DNA of 63,402 bases, filler included, from Choristocarpus tenellus KU-1152 (GCA_964200185.2; 12 parts of 12 records of this genome joined end to end with filler, not necessarily neighbours in it), one strand, 5' to 3'; positions 1 through 13,060 are shown, counted from the first letter of the whole stretch. Made by a program: numbers and translations. The notes: a model not told the origin generated them from the letters alone.

Positions 1-21
1 CCCCCCCAGATACTTTGACCC
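1..21. mobile_element. MITE family C terminus (CCCCCCCAGATACTTTGACCC), truncated by window start
   Basis: Reverse complement of the GGGTCAAAGTATCTGGGGGGG terminus at 20841 and 63334. Confidence 0.75.
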
Positions 22-728
22 TAAAAGAAATATTGTAGTGTGAACTGCCATCTGACCACAGGTCAATGGGCTAGGTTGGGTGGAGATTGCGAAGAAGTTC
101 AAGGCCAAGAGTGACAAAATACTTCGAAGTATTGATTATTTAACTGTACAGTACATTACACCTAGACAGTTAGCAGCATATAAAAAATATATTATAGGTG
201 TTCTTTTCCCTTTTGGGGACTGAGTGGTGGAGACGGAAAGCAATGTGTGAAGGGCTGAGGAGAGTAGAGATCGATGAAGAAGGTGAAGAGGATTTTCTTT
301 GTAGGAATAGGTATGATTCCTCAAATGCTCCCAAGGATATTGAGAGGGCAAAGACTTCTGAGATTAGCAGCACAGCAGCAGGATCAGAGAGGCCTCCACA
401 TGACTCCTCCAAAACTTGGTTAGAGGGGCAGGATGACAATGGTGACAGTTATCGAGCCCACCAAGGTGGTCGGGAAAGTCTGCAAGGAGAATTGTCAGTG
501 ATGTGGAAGTATTCTTCCAAATGTTTATCCCCCCCAGGGTACCACGGAGAACACAAAGGTGTGCCATCTTGATCATTCAAACGGGGAAATGAATGAAGTG
601 CGGTCATCTCCTCACCTATAACCTCAAGGATGACACATCTGGCCTCATCACCCACCTCAACTAGTTTCATAAGCAAGAATGTATGTATGTATATATATAT
701 GTATGTATGCATGCATGCATGAATGGAT

Positions 729-802
729 ATGGATGGATGGATGGATGGATGGATGGATGGATGGATGGATGGATGGATGGATGGATGGATGGATGGATGG
801 AT
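729..802. repeat. (GGAT)n microsatellite
   Basis: Directly visible tandem tetranucleotide run. Confidence 0.95.
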
Positions 803-3277
803 TGATGGATTGTGTATGGATGGATGCGTCTCATTTAATTTGACTCGGCTCCTTCTTATTACATGGATGTAAGGGCAACGATCACCCTACAACTTGTCTA
901 TGGAATGATGCATATATTATCATTGTTGGACGTATTGAAATAGAGGTTTGCTCCAACACATCAGACCTTGGAACCTACAGTACTACTCTTTACTTGTGGC
1001 CTATATTTACATAAGACAACGTTCATGCTTAGGGTCTATATTTTTCACACAAGTCTCGAGCTACATTACATTCCTTAGCAGTCTCCTCTAATACTTCGCT
1101 TGAAGTAAAGTACACAAGTACGTGTTGTTGTATTCTTTACCTAGTGTTTCTTCTTACTCCTTCCATACAAACGTCTGTAAAATGACAGTCATGGCCTGGA
1201 TATAATTAATAATATGTAGGAGTTTACAGGACATAGAGCTGTTTACAGGACATAGAGCTGTTTGTGGGTTGTTTAGGGACAACCCCACTCATGTTTACTA
1301 TTTATATGTATTGTTCCATCTGCTCTTTTTTTCATTATTATATATTCTAATTAATATTAATTTTTAGTGGTTGTGTTAGTGCTATTGGTGTTCCTTATAA
1401 ATGATGTCCTTAGTATACAAAAAGTACACGATGTTTATGTTTCTACCATACGTAGAAACAGCAACATGTAACATTTTTCACAGTATGTTGTATAATATGT
1501 AGTCGTCCTACATCGGTTCAATTACTCGTTGGTTTGGTTACTGCGTTGTGGAGTTACGGAAGAGAAAAGGATTATAGTATTAATACTTGATTGGTTGGTC
1601 TCGATCGATATTGATCACGCGTCACATCTACCATCAACTTCCACATATAAATAGAGCAGGCACGTATATTTACATCCACTAAAAGCTTCGTTCGCGATAT
1701 CTGTCTTGTATCTATCTACCGGGAAATAACCACAACTCTTGGAACCTTTCTCCATAGTATACAGGGTCTATTTTTTGTACAAATCGTCAACTGTTCCTAG
1801 TTGATGCTAGAAATCCCGCCTTTCTATCTGTCGGTACGAAGACATGAATTTTATCGATGGTTGTACCTAAAGTATAAAACGTACTCTACTGTCGACTTAC
1901 GAGTTATCAACCACACTGTCCCTGTTTACTTCAATTTGTTGGTTACTTGATTGCATTTCAAACTATACTCCAAACCTTCAATATTCATCATATAGATGAT
2001 GTGTAGTTGATATGTGAGTGGAACTACCTATAATCTACTATGTACTACATTTTTTTCCTGGAAATAACCTACCTAATGAACAAATATTAGTTGTCAATTT
2101 GTAGAACCTTTTTTTTGTATGTCCTGCCCCGAGGTTAACACAGGGTAAACAATAGATAATTTACTATATACATGGAAAATGCGTTAGACCATGTACCATC
2201 GACAACTTACGAACCTATTCATAGTGTGTTCCCGTTTTCAATACGATCACGAGCCTAACTAACCTGTTAGCATTAACTCCAAGTCCAACGTCTAGTCATT
2301 GTCGGTACTTTCCTCCTGCGATAGTACTGTTACAGAGTCTGTGCAGAAACTGAAACAACACTGTCTACGCCCCTACATCAAGTGGTGCTCCTGTTGTACA
2401 AGATTGGGTGAGTTCGTTGTGTGGTGCCTGTGTGTATGTATGCGCTCCTGCGCAGAGGGATAGCGCCTGGAGGTGGTTGCTCCAACAGTAGTGTCATGTT
2501 GAGGGACTGGTAGCCTGTCCAAGTAGTCGACATTGCATTTATATATAGGTGTATTCTTCGGAGTAAATACCTTGTGAGTGCAACAGGCAGTGGCTGATTG
2601 GTGGGGGGATAGAACACAACAACTACTTGTCCAGAAAGGAAGATGAAACGAAGCTTTGGAGACCTGAGTGCACAGTACAGTTACCACCTGTAACTCTGAC
2701 TTTTGGTTAGAAATTTGTTCAATATATCCCTCCTAGACATGATAAAGACCTTCTGGCGTACCCAGAGTCTCACTTGCGGACTTGGAGTTCCTCGTTTGAA
2801 TCAGCACTCAGTACAGGAGCGATATCAAGGTTGTAATTGAAATGGATGACTTGGGAAGAATGTTACTTCTGGCACCCACTAGTATACTTTTTTTTCACCT
2901 GATGCAAAGGAGTATATCTTACTGCCCATCACCCTTTTCGTCAGATGTGCCATTAATCATGTATTGAGCTATGTCCTGGATTGTCGAATTGCACCTACAG
3001 CTGGCGAATCTCGCCCAATCGAGGAATCCTCCTGAAATGAATGTTATAGGAGAAAAACATGGGTGTTGTTAACAGGTTTGGGAGATAGGGACACATCCAC
3101 GGCGGTGACCTCGCAATTGGTGTTATGGGAGGAGACAAACAGTTAGCTGGGTTATTTTATAAAATGTGTTTAATTTCTGACCTTTGCTAGTACATATCCC
3201 CGTCTTTCTCAGCCTAACTGGCCTCATTGGACCTCCCCACGCCCTCACGCCTCCCCATGCCTGGACGTTGTTTTCAG

Positions 3278-4338
3278 CTCCTTCAGAACGCACTATATGG
3301 GTTCAACAACTGTAGCAGCAGATTTTGTGTCAACCACAACACCAGTAGAACGAGAAGAGAACGATACAGTCAAGGGAAGTAGGCCAGCAGAGGAGTTTGG
3401 GTGTGGTCCTCCGGATCCTGGGTCAGAGACAGACCTATCTGTGATCGAGAGAATGGTGGAAAGAATGATGGCAGAACCAGGCGTTAGTGCGATGTACACC
3501 AAAGCCAAGGTGATTGAGAGGCTGAGCGGCCTGACCCCAGAACAGGTCCCTCGCGCTAAAGCCCTAATAGTGCTGGGAGTCACTGAGGAGGATCTCTCCG
3601 TGGCCCAACGCCTCCTTCAAAGCTTCTGGTGAGAACGGGAAAGGCAGGAATCTTTATATTCTTGCGGTCAAGAGTCTTCAGTGATCTTCTGTTGTTTAAT
3701 GGTATCTAAATTGTATGCGTGTGTGTCTGGCAGGAGTCTCGGCATTAGATCGACCTGCTGGGAGGTCTGGATAGGCGTATTCTCCCTCTTGTGTGGAAAG
3801 CAATTAAATCTGTATAAACCGAAAAAAACGTCTTTATTTGTACCATCATTGTCCACATCGAATACAGTTGTACTGATACTGCATTGGTACTACAAGTAGT
3901 TTTGGGTGGTTTGGATTACATTGGATATTTCTGTCAATGAAGATACTTACTCTATTTATAGCTTCTGCACCTCTAGTTACGAGTAGTATTGGATGTGCTT
4001 CAAAGCACACTGAGCGGATAGCCTATCATGATCAAGCATCAGACGCCCTACCACTATGTTGCGCCTTTGGATCTATCATTACACAAAATTGTTTGCACTT
4101 ATTCCTCCTCTCCCTTGATGCTCCCTTTTTTCTAAAACAACGAAGTATTCAACAGGACCACAAAGAAGAGCGTCTCCTGGGCTACACTCGTGACCAGCGG
4201 GAGCGTGTTAAGGCATTGGCAACCCTTGGCATTAACGAGCAAGTTCTCCAAGAAGCAATATCACGGGTATTGGGATCCCTTGGCCCTTCCGCCTTCATGT
4301 CAGGGGAAAACCCTCTTAAGACGAATGAAGATATTTAG
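3278..4338 (+). CDS. Uncharacterised protein with two copies of an ERLxGxTxxQxxRxKALxxLG motif; exons ~3278-3628 and ~4146/4156-4338
   Basis: Acceptor ttttcag at 3277 and donor GTGAG at 3629. The first exon encodes ERLSGLTPEQVPRAKALIVLGVTEEDL and the second ERLLGYTRDQRERVKALATLGINEQVL (14/27 identical, mostly via different synonymous codons). The exact acceptor of the second exon is uncertain. Confidence 0.65.
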
Positions 4339-4403
4339 TGACTCCTCTCCTGTAGCCACCCCCCCTAGCTTGAGAATTGTGGGTATATGTGCGAGTGAGG
4401 ATA

Positions 4404-4407
<4 letters not shown>

Positions 4408-4441
<34 letters not shown>
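4408..4441. repeat. (TG)n microsatellite
   Basis: Directly visible. Confidence 0.95.
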
Positions 4442-5284
4442 GTCAACAGGCTTACTAATCTTGTGAGGCTATGCAATAAGTACAGGAGGCATGATACTCG
4501 GTATTTGGTATATATGGGATTGATGCTGGTGAGTGCCCGCCCCTGTGCTACTGTGGTGTATGTACTTCCCTGTTTATGCGTGCTGAATGAGACACAGACG
4601 TTTATTTATACATATAAAGGGAGGTAAAATGGGCTGGACAAGACCTCTGGTCTCATGTGTGGATAGATAGTTCTAGCGAGAGTGCTTGTAGATAAACGGT
4701 TGAATATGCTTCTATGATCTGTTGTCTGGAGGACCAGCAGTTGCATCATGGTATTTTTGTGTCAGAAAAACGTTGTATAAAGATCAAGCATACAACTACC
4801 GGCAGATATTGTCGAGTTCTGTTTCTATCTCCAGCCAGTGTTCCAGAAATGTTGGTGGGCATGAGGTAATACGAAGTATGCGTGGAAGCACAAGGCTATG
4901 AACCATTCAACCAATTTGGATAACAGATAGTTTCGATGCCACACATCAAATCACTATTAATAGATATCGTATCTCAATATTCATTGGGGAGAGCACTTTA
5001 TTCAATGTGTTGTCACACCAGCATGAACGAAATCTTATTTTTTACACCCAGCACGGTTTTTAAGTGTGGACAATCTCCACAGATCAACTTTTCTGTCATC
5101 CTGTGGTTGAAATATTTTGAACATTTGCACCATTTCTTTATTCTCGAAGTTGCTCCTGTGTAGATCAAAGGGTGCGTGTCATGTATATATTGTCGAGTAT
5201 CTAGTGACAATACTGTCCGTCATCCAACAGGTTGTGAAGCACATAGATATTCTTGAACATTCAAGGTGACATTTTTTAGGAAAC

Positions 5285-5542
5285 GAGTAAAAGTATCTTA
5301 AGGGCAGAGCCGCGTCCGTTTGGGGACCAAAGCCTAATGTTGCGATTTTGATGTAATTTTGGCTATTGAATTTGTTAGGATATGTCAACAGCCTTGCTTC
5401 TAACACACCTTTTCATACCATATACGTTTTACCCACTCCGAAATGTTTCGGAGTATGTAAGATGTCATAAATATCCCGTGGGAAGCCAAGCCCCAAATGG
5501 AAAAACAGAGCAAAATTCATACCCTGTAAGATACTTTCACTC
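5285..5542 (+). mobile_element. MITE family B (~257 bp, GAG...CTC termini)
   Basis: TIRs GAGTAAAAGTATCTTA / TAAGATACTTTCACTC; homologous along its length to 9479-9735 and 31360-31621; TSD not preserved. Confidence 0.85.
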
Positions 5543-7261
5543 AATACGTATGCGTGACCTGGTCCACTATCTTCTCCCCTCTATTGATGTCAAATACATG
5601 TACCCGTGGTAGATGGTGGCAATTCACCTTCCCCGTTCGCCCTACTGCTTTCAGTACACCACACGTTACCTGGTCTATATTTAGGTCATTAGGTCAGCAT
5701 GAAAACAAAAATGATGAGATTGAGGGGGTAGAGTTAAGGTGGGAGGAGTTTGAAGAATTGTCTGCATCAAATTGACTCACTGCCGTACACAGGATACTCA
5801 ACTGGTGGAAATGTTAATGTTCCTTTTCGTGTGATGTCTTGTACCCGTCAATCTTGAAATTCCTTGTTTATCTTGGCATGGCCTTAATTATACTGTCTGG
5901 ATTTAGATGACATCTCTACTACTTGAAAAAAATGTGACCTATACTTCATTCAGGCACTGGCTACAACAGCAGTTGTTTTATCTCCAGTGAAGTATTGGTG
6001 GGGGTTGATGTGAAGTCAGGTACGAATCAATAATATTCTAGTGAGTACTGCAAAGCAAAAGCTTGTAGGGTTCCTATTTTAGGGAACCAAGGTACCACAG
6101 AATCGAACGTTTTTTTCTGAACACGGGAAAATGTTCCGATATAGGTTTCCTTACGGCAAAACCTAGTTACGACATACAGTTCTACGGAGCACGGATGAGA
6201 AATACGCAGTACAAGGAGAACGAGGGTGGCGACACTTTGCAATTTAATATTTGACAAAACTATGCTGAAAAATGATAGTAGCGTTGATTTCTTGCAGCAT
6301 ACACTGGTAGTCAACTGTACGTATCGCTTATGATACGAACATTCGATCTGAACAAGAGCCAACAGGGTTCATTTATGACTAAGCATGTTTGAAAAATAAT
6401 AATATACCTCTATTCCCTCTGATCGCAGGAGCAAGCTGTTACACTTTTATTTCTCCTGATTGTGATGAATTATGCAATTGTGTTCATACGGTTTGGAGGT
6501 CAGTGATGAGAAAATATAAAGTATAGTAGTTGAACACCTCCCCCTCCCAGCATTCTTGAGAGGAGGGGCTAATGTGGAAGATTCAACAGTACCTATGTTG
6601 TAGACAAAGCATCCCCCCACACATACTCTCTTTCTCTCCCCACAAGTAGGATTTTTCATATTATTGAAGGTCTTTCATAAAATCCTCAACTCCTCTTATC
6701 ATGTGCTGCGATGCAAATTCGTTACTTAGAACCAGAGTGTGGTGCATGTGTTCAGATAACCCCTGTCTTCAGTATTTCAGACCCGGACCAGGAAGAGGAG
6801 ATTCCAGCAATGGTGATACCAGCCTCCAGTTCGCATTTGAGAGTCAGTGCCAGAGTGTGATCATTAACAATGTCTACCTTGGAAACTCTGGAGACGACGT
6901 CAAAATACATCAACAGAAACCGTGCAGGTACTTGGCCGTGAAAAGGAGGGGTAAATGCATGAGAATTAAACGAGAGTAGGAACTACCTTGTAAGATTGCT
7001 GCAGTTGCATTAGTGAAGTTTGATGCTACCGTTATTCTCACAAGTGTCCGTTTTTTTTTTCTATTTTCATTTTAGTTGCTTACCCCACACATGGGCTTAG
7101 TTCAAACGTAAGTCCGCTGCACCTTCTTTTTTGTGTCAATATTGACTCTGTTTCCTGAGTAAGACCACACGTTGGTAGACAAAACACACATAAGCATGAC
7201 GTAGAGACATCTCCACGACAAGATCGGAATTTCGTGCACACATGCCTTACACTATGTAGCG

Positions 7262-7456
7262 TCACCAGCATTGATTGGTATCAGCTGATTCACTTGTTGT
7301 GAAAGCAGAAGGTCCAAGAGACCCAAGTCTCTGTGCAATTCCTTCTTGGAAAAGGTGCTCAGTTATACCAAGGGTTGTCAACGCCTTCATTCGCTGCCGC
7401 TGCTCACGGGTATAGCCCAGGAGGCGTTCTTCCTTCCCGCAGGTACTTTGGTCCTC
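7262..7456 (-). CDS. Terminal exon of a paralog of the 3278-4338 gene (convergent orientation)
   Basis: Minus-strand translation KEERLLGYTREQRQRMKALTTLGITEHLFQEGIAQRLGSLGPSAF...* aligns with KEERLLGYTRDQRERVKALATLGINEQVLQEAISRVLGSLGPSAF at ~4162-4296; preceded by a CAG acceptor; absent from the ORF track. Confidence 0.75.
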   Translation of the reverse strand, partial: EDQSTCGKEERLLGYTREQRQRMKALTTLGITEHLFQEGIAQRLGSLGPSAFTTSESADTNQCW

Positions 7457-7765
7457 CTGAAGGCTTTGAATTTTTATAGAAGTAGTTGGGTAGCAGGGAA
7501 GGAAGCAGGAAGAAAGATATCGTGGTAGGTAGGAACCATGACGTTGTTAAGAGGAAGACAAGATTTTTGATTTCTAGACATGAGCTACTGATTACTTGTA
7601 AATGCCATGGCATCATCAAGATTAAGACATAGATTTGGATTTCTGGGTATGGGCTACTGATTTATGTCCAAATATGTCATTTGTGGGAATACTTGTACAA
7701 TGAAAACCGCCAGTGCTTACATGGTAGTAACGGACGAAAATGGGGCTGAGGTTTGGTTGGCAATA

Positions 7766-7792
7766 GGCTCAAAGTATTTGGGGGGGGGGGGG
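7766..7792. mobile_element. MITE family A terminus at contig end
   Basis: GGCTCAAAGTATTTGGGGGG matches the family A TIR. Confidence 0.7.
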
Positions 7793-7892
7793 NNNNNNNN
7801 NNNNNNNNNNNNNNNNNNNNNNNNNNNNNNNNNNNNTTAATTAATTAANNNNNNNNNNNNNNNNNNNNNNNNNNNNNNNNNNNNNNNNNNNN
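7793..7892. other. Artificial contig linker N44-TTAATTAATTAA-N44 (also 12331-12430, 15596-15695, 20935-21034, 26337-26436, 33570-33669, 36249-36348, 40697-40796, 43515-43614, 48708-48807, 58734-58833)
   Basis: Identical 100-bp spacer with stops in all six frames, present 11 times. Confidence 0.98.
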
Positions 7893-9478
7893 GTGTTAGG
7901 TGGAATCATCTTGCTGATGAGGACTCTGTATACATGATTAGCATTGGAGGGGGGCATTGAGGTATCAGTTCCATACACAGACACATGTCTCTGTGGTGGG
8001 ACCAATGACGGACTACAGCTTTTGGCTGAGTGTGTTGAGTTTGTTTGTCACTTCAATTTTTGTGGGGGTATGTTGCCCTATGCCACTTTACTCATCTAGA
8101 GGTCAACTGTGTGTAGCACGAGCACCTTGAGCAACTCGCTGACCTTGCTTGCTCATATGGTGGGTGTTGTAGTAGTATTAGTAGTAGTTGTTGTTGTTGT
8201 TGTTTTCATACGTTCTGTGCCCCATTGCATAGAACTCTGGACTTGTTGTTTGTAAGAATCGCGGGAATGACACTTCTACCTACAAAATAATACAACTATG
8301 ATAAGATTCTGGATCTTGTCTACATCCTTAGCTGTCTTGTATCGCATATGGTCGCAACCTATTATTTAAATGCCTACTCCGAGTTATTTGACACTTTCCT
8401 TTTTGAACTTTATAATGGACTGCCAAGAAACTGCCTGAACTAGAGAGTCCTTGGGAATTAGCAGACAAAGGTAGAGTAGTTTCCCTATAAAATGATATAG
8501 CAGATAGGAGGAGAGCAACCAACCTCGGCATGGACACCTGACTTAGGCTACTGCTGGTTCTTTTTGTATCCTGTAGCCTACAGTTATGGGAGAGCTGTGG
8601 GAAATCTAAGGTACTTTTAAAGGGGCAGAGCTAAGATGAGTATGCAGTCTGGGCACGATTCACAAGCGAAGTTACACAGGAACGACCTGCAAAAGAAATA
8701 CAGCAATCCAAAGCTCTTGCTGGTCGATGTTTTTTGCTTATCTTGTGTATAATCCTTCTTTGCGACTGCCCAAGTAAGCACAAGGTATGAGGTAAGCGTG
8801 TTAGACGGCAGATATGTGACAAAAAATGTCGTCCATCCCTGTAAAACCTGTAAGTTAAGAGTCTTTTGTTCATCATTCGGGAGTCGTATTGTTGCAGGGA
8901 AATCACAGTCAACACAAAGATGAGAGAGGAAGGGCAGGTGCCTGTTAAAAGCTTAACGACAACTGACATCACACAACTGCACCGGAAGCATAAGAAACCA
9001 CACCTCCACCCTCTTACACTATTGACAATTAGAAACCTACATTATTGTCGACCATGTTGTTTCTCCAAACATTGAATAATGTTCTTTCACCAACCATCTA
9101 TATTTCTCTGCGTATTGGTCGGCCACTTTATTACAGATCACACTCATGCTCCGAATTATTTCTACCGTGGGTGAGGGGTGCCACTAGGCAGATCTACGCC
9201 AAGCTGTTCCACTACTTCCTCACCCCTTTTATCTTGCTCGTGGAGCAACTTGATTTTTTCCCTATTCCTCAGCTGTGCTCTAAACAAGAATGTCAGGAGT
9301 ATGTCCTTAAACTCAGCGACATCTCCATTGTCGTCTCTAAGAGATCTCCCCACACTGATGATTCTGTCCTCAAAATGTGCGAAGTCGGATATTTTTTACA
9401 AATTCATACAGAATATCATCCAAATTGTGTTGCAAAGTCTGACACAATAGAGAAACAACCTTCCCAAGTCAAACATAG

Positions 9479-9735
9479 GAGCCAAAGTATATTAGAGGGT
9501 AGGGCCGCGTCCATTTGGGGCCAAAATTCAATCTTGCGATTTTGATGTATTTTGGCTATCGTGTTTGTTAGGAAATGTCGATATCCTTGTTCTGGACACA
9601 CCTTTGCATAACATATACATTTTACCTACTCTGAAACACTTCGGAGTAGGAAAATGTCATAATAAATTCCATAGGAAGCCACGTCCCAAATGGACAAACA
9701 GGACAAAACTCGTACCCTCTAAGATACTTTCACTC
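9479..9735 (+). mobile_element. MITE family B, complete, 4-bp TSD ATAG
   Basis: TIRs GAGCCAAAGTATATTAGAGGGTA / TACCCTCTAAGATACTTTCACTC; ATAG at 9475-9478 and 9736-9739; central hairpin. Confidence 0.9.
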
Positions 9736-12305
9736 ATAGGCCTCCATCCATGCAAGGATGGGTTTATAACGCCAAACCACCGAAGACTGGGTACATCTTT
9801 TCTACCTCGGCTCTACGCCGTTTATAGCTATCGACACATATGTAGTAGTCAGCAAGCCATGATGTGCATTCGGTAGGTAATGGTGTGGATATGAGGACCA
9901 GGTGCCGTGTTGACTTAGTCTTGAGGCATGCTGGATTTTTACTGTATCTACCATACAGACACTCACCTTCCATCATCCCTTAAAACACATCCACCAGATC
10001 CTTCCCACTCAATAATAAAAAATCGCTACCCGGCCATCTTGGTCAAGGCCTACCCTACCTTGCTTTCCCTACGATGCCGCTCATTGCTATCTATCGCTCT
10101 GCACTCAAGTATGATCACATCTGGAAGAGGGACGACGATTACTAAACTACAGAATTTCTTCTTGTCGTACAGTTGCAGGAGGAGAACAACTGCATCTCAC
10201 CATGTTCTCCATGCTATTCTCGAGTGATACTTCGAAGAAGTAGACATCGGGCTCATGAGTTGAGCTTCTTTGGTCCTCCTCCCATATCCCCTCCGTACCC
10301 TTCAAAACAGATAAACGAACTTTTCATTCGGCAATCCGACCCAGGTCAAAACCATTGAGTGATGATAATATCATCAGTCATGACCATATACTTAGTCCTT
10401 TCTCGAGGTGGGGACGGGAGTATGTTGTTGATTATCCTCGTCGCAAATTACAGGCACAGACCGAAGTCCAAGGGCATGACTTTGTGCAGTGCTAGGAGCG
10501 ATACTCATGGGTACCACATCATGACCTCGGGCCTCTGCGTCACTCCCTTGCCATTTGCTATCTGTGCCACGTACAGCAGGGAAATGATGGCGTGTAGATG
10601 TGCTCAATCAATCCACCTTTGATACATAGGTTGTGCGATTGACACAGCTATCACCAGATATACTCCTCAGTATGCAACGATAATGGTTGTTTCTTGGTGA
10701 AAGCGTGGAGATGTTGACGGATTGTAGACACAAAAATTAGAAGACACGGGGGGTCTAGCCTAGCTCAGCAGGCGCTCAAGTATGCATAGGATGATTATCA
10801 GCATCATGCCGAATTTTTTGATGATACACTACACTACACTGTACATCATAGTATGTGAATGCATTGAAGGGGACGGAATGAACAAACGTGGAAAATGTGG
10901 TTGTGTACAACGGAGCATACCAATGAAGTACTACTCTGCTTCGATGAAATATATCATACCAACATTATAGGAATGGTTAGGGAATCTTCTTTTGTTGGGG
11001 GTATCGATTTACAGTTAACAGCATTTCTGAAGAGAAGTTCATACATTTGCAAAGTTGGTCATATTCTTTCAACCAGAACTTCCAAGCTTCCACGAAAAAG
11101 CCTGTTGTGTTCACTTTTGGTTGTATTCATTTCCATTCTGGACCGACTTATTCAATAAATTGTATCTCTATGAAAAACAAAAATTTCCTTTCAAGCTCAC
11201 ACCTAGTCCTTGTCCTGTTCCAAGCTCTCCTTCGACAAGTGACTCGGATATTGCTCCACCTGAGATTGAAGTGTTAGCGCTCCTGAATACAGGCGAGAGG
11301 GGTTTGTGACGAGGGGGTTGGAAAGGACCCCAGACCTTCAACCCCTCCTGGATGTGCAACATAAGATCAATGGCCTCTGTGCATTGTATGTTCGTACCAG
11401 TGAAGGTGGCCTGCACAAACAATAGAAGAAATTGGTTGGATCAAGGTCAGCGTACTCCACCACATGGTCAAGTTGTGCATACCATCAGTATCCCAACATG
11501 CGTGTAGGATTGCGATACATTTTCTTTGTACGTCATCTCCCTGTCGATAAGGAGGAAGAAATTGCCGTACCAAGAAGAGACAGGGACCAAATTGATTGGA
11601 GAGCTTCGTTACTGATATGTACAACCCATTTGATGTTGCCTATCATTTCGACCTTCAAAATGCAGGAAGGAAAGGAGATGTTCAGATCCGTTAAAAGAAA
11701 ACAGAAGAAGATGCAAGTTGAAAGATACCGATCTGTTACGGCATACAATGCTGATCGATCAATATGTTGTACATGAAGTCGTGGTGACTTTCTACTCCGA
11801 CTGATGTTAATTACTTGTGAAGTAGCAGGCAAGTAGCGTAAGGAGTGAATAAATACACCGCCGTTGTTGCTTGGCTCATGAGGGTGATAGTGGTAGGGGA
11901 TGACGATAGAGGATGTAGTTCTGGTTGTGGGAGAAGGGAGGTGGAAAAGCAAACGGATGAAGACAATGAAAACCTGCAGCGTGAATGAACTCACTAAGGT
12001 GCAGCCTTGCGGATACTGGATCCGGTACTGTGCTCCTGGTTGTTACAAAAGCACGGTAGGAGTTGTGTGAGGAGTCCACTACCTGATAATTGCTCGAAAT
12101 GTTGTTGTTGACCCCCTCGCATTTTGACACAGAGAACTTCGACACAGAAGTCAGTCCGATGATGTCTCTGATCGCCCAATTAAGCTGGTGCTTGTCTGAC
12201 AAAGCTCTAGCTGTGGCTCGCATTAGCTGTAGAATGATAGATTGTGGTATTGTGAGGGGTGGTACCAAGGATCGCAAAGGTCAGGAGATGACAAGATCAG
12301 AGTCA

Positions 12306-12330
12306 GACCCAAAGTATCTGGGAGGGGGGG
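12306..12330. mobile_element. MITE family A terminus at contig end
   Basis: GACCCAAAGTATCTGGGAGGGGG. Confidence 0.75.
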
Positions 12331-12430
12331 NNNNNNNNNNNNNNNNNNNNNNNNNNNNNNNNNNNNNNNNNNNNTTAATTAATTAANNNNNNNNNNNNNN
12401 NNNNNNNNNNNNNNNNNNNNNNNNNNNNNN

Positions 12431-13060
12431 GTAGCTCCTCCTTATCCCTGAGTCCACGAAGTCACCTCCCTTGCGCCGCACGCTGCCTGTGCTGAGAAGC
12501 CTGCATGGCAGACTCGGTACCCAGAGCACATCCTGGACAACATTTGTGGTCGGCATGCCCGTCTGTCTGGTCAGTTGCTGCTAGGACCACCTCGCCGGTT
12601 GCTCGTGCGTCCAGTGTACCTTTGTTTCCAAAGGTGCAGGTGTGGGTGATAGCTGTTGCTGCAATGGGGTCCTGCAGTCGGAGGGGTAAGGTGCACGTTT
12701 GCACCCGAGTCGCACAGTAGGCTGATGGTCTTGGACAGATCTTGAGATGAGGACAGGAGCGCTGCTTCGACCATCCTGTTGTACACATCCTCCCCAACAG
12801 ACACGTTCATGACCAGGAACGCCCGCGATGAGCCCTGGCGATCAGCCTTACCGCAGCCTCCACCAACGCTGCTCCGGTCCCTGGATGGTGGTGGTGGAAA
12901 TTTGCGCGCCGCGCCAAGTATATGGGGGCGCTTAGCAGGAGGTTTGCCAGCCAAGTACGAGTGGCATTTTTTCCATCTGTGGTTGAATTTGAGAGAGAAA
13001 GCAAATATTGATTCGAACCGAGGCCGCTCCCGGACCCCTGTCTCCTTTTCTGTATGCCTG
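12431..13060 (-). mobile_element. Ty1/copia gag-protease remnant
   Basis: Degenerate zinc knuckle CFL(S)LKFNHRWKKC, protease motif LLCDSGANVHLT, then CTFGNKGTLDARATGEVVL...DVLWVP; frameshifted. Confidence 0.7.

Noticed and set aside
830-2370. Idea that this segment is a reversed (non-complemented) sequence, because its complement gives LCPICY like the ORF at 59069
   Set aside because: The match is only ~18/20 nt, which is expected by chance at this search size. The ordinary reverse complement looks equally protein-like, and the same impression at 61040-61600 proved false (gypsy integrase).
3630-3632. In-frame TGA as possible selenocysteine
   Set aside because: It overlaps a good GTGAG splice donor, the downstream frame is not protein-like, and no SECIS was identified.
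8200-12300. Many short ORFs suggesting a decayed transposase or viral gene
   Set aside because: No recognisable motif or consistent exon chain; left unannotated.
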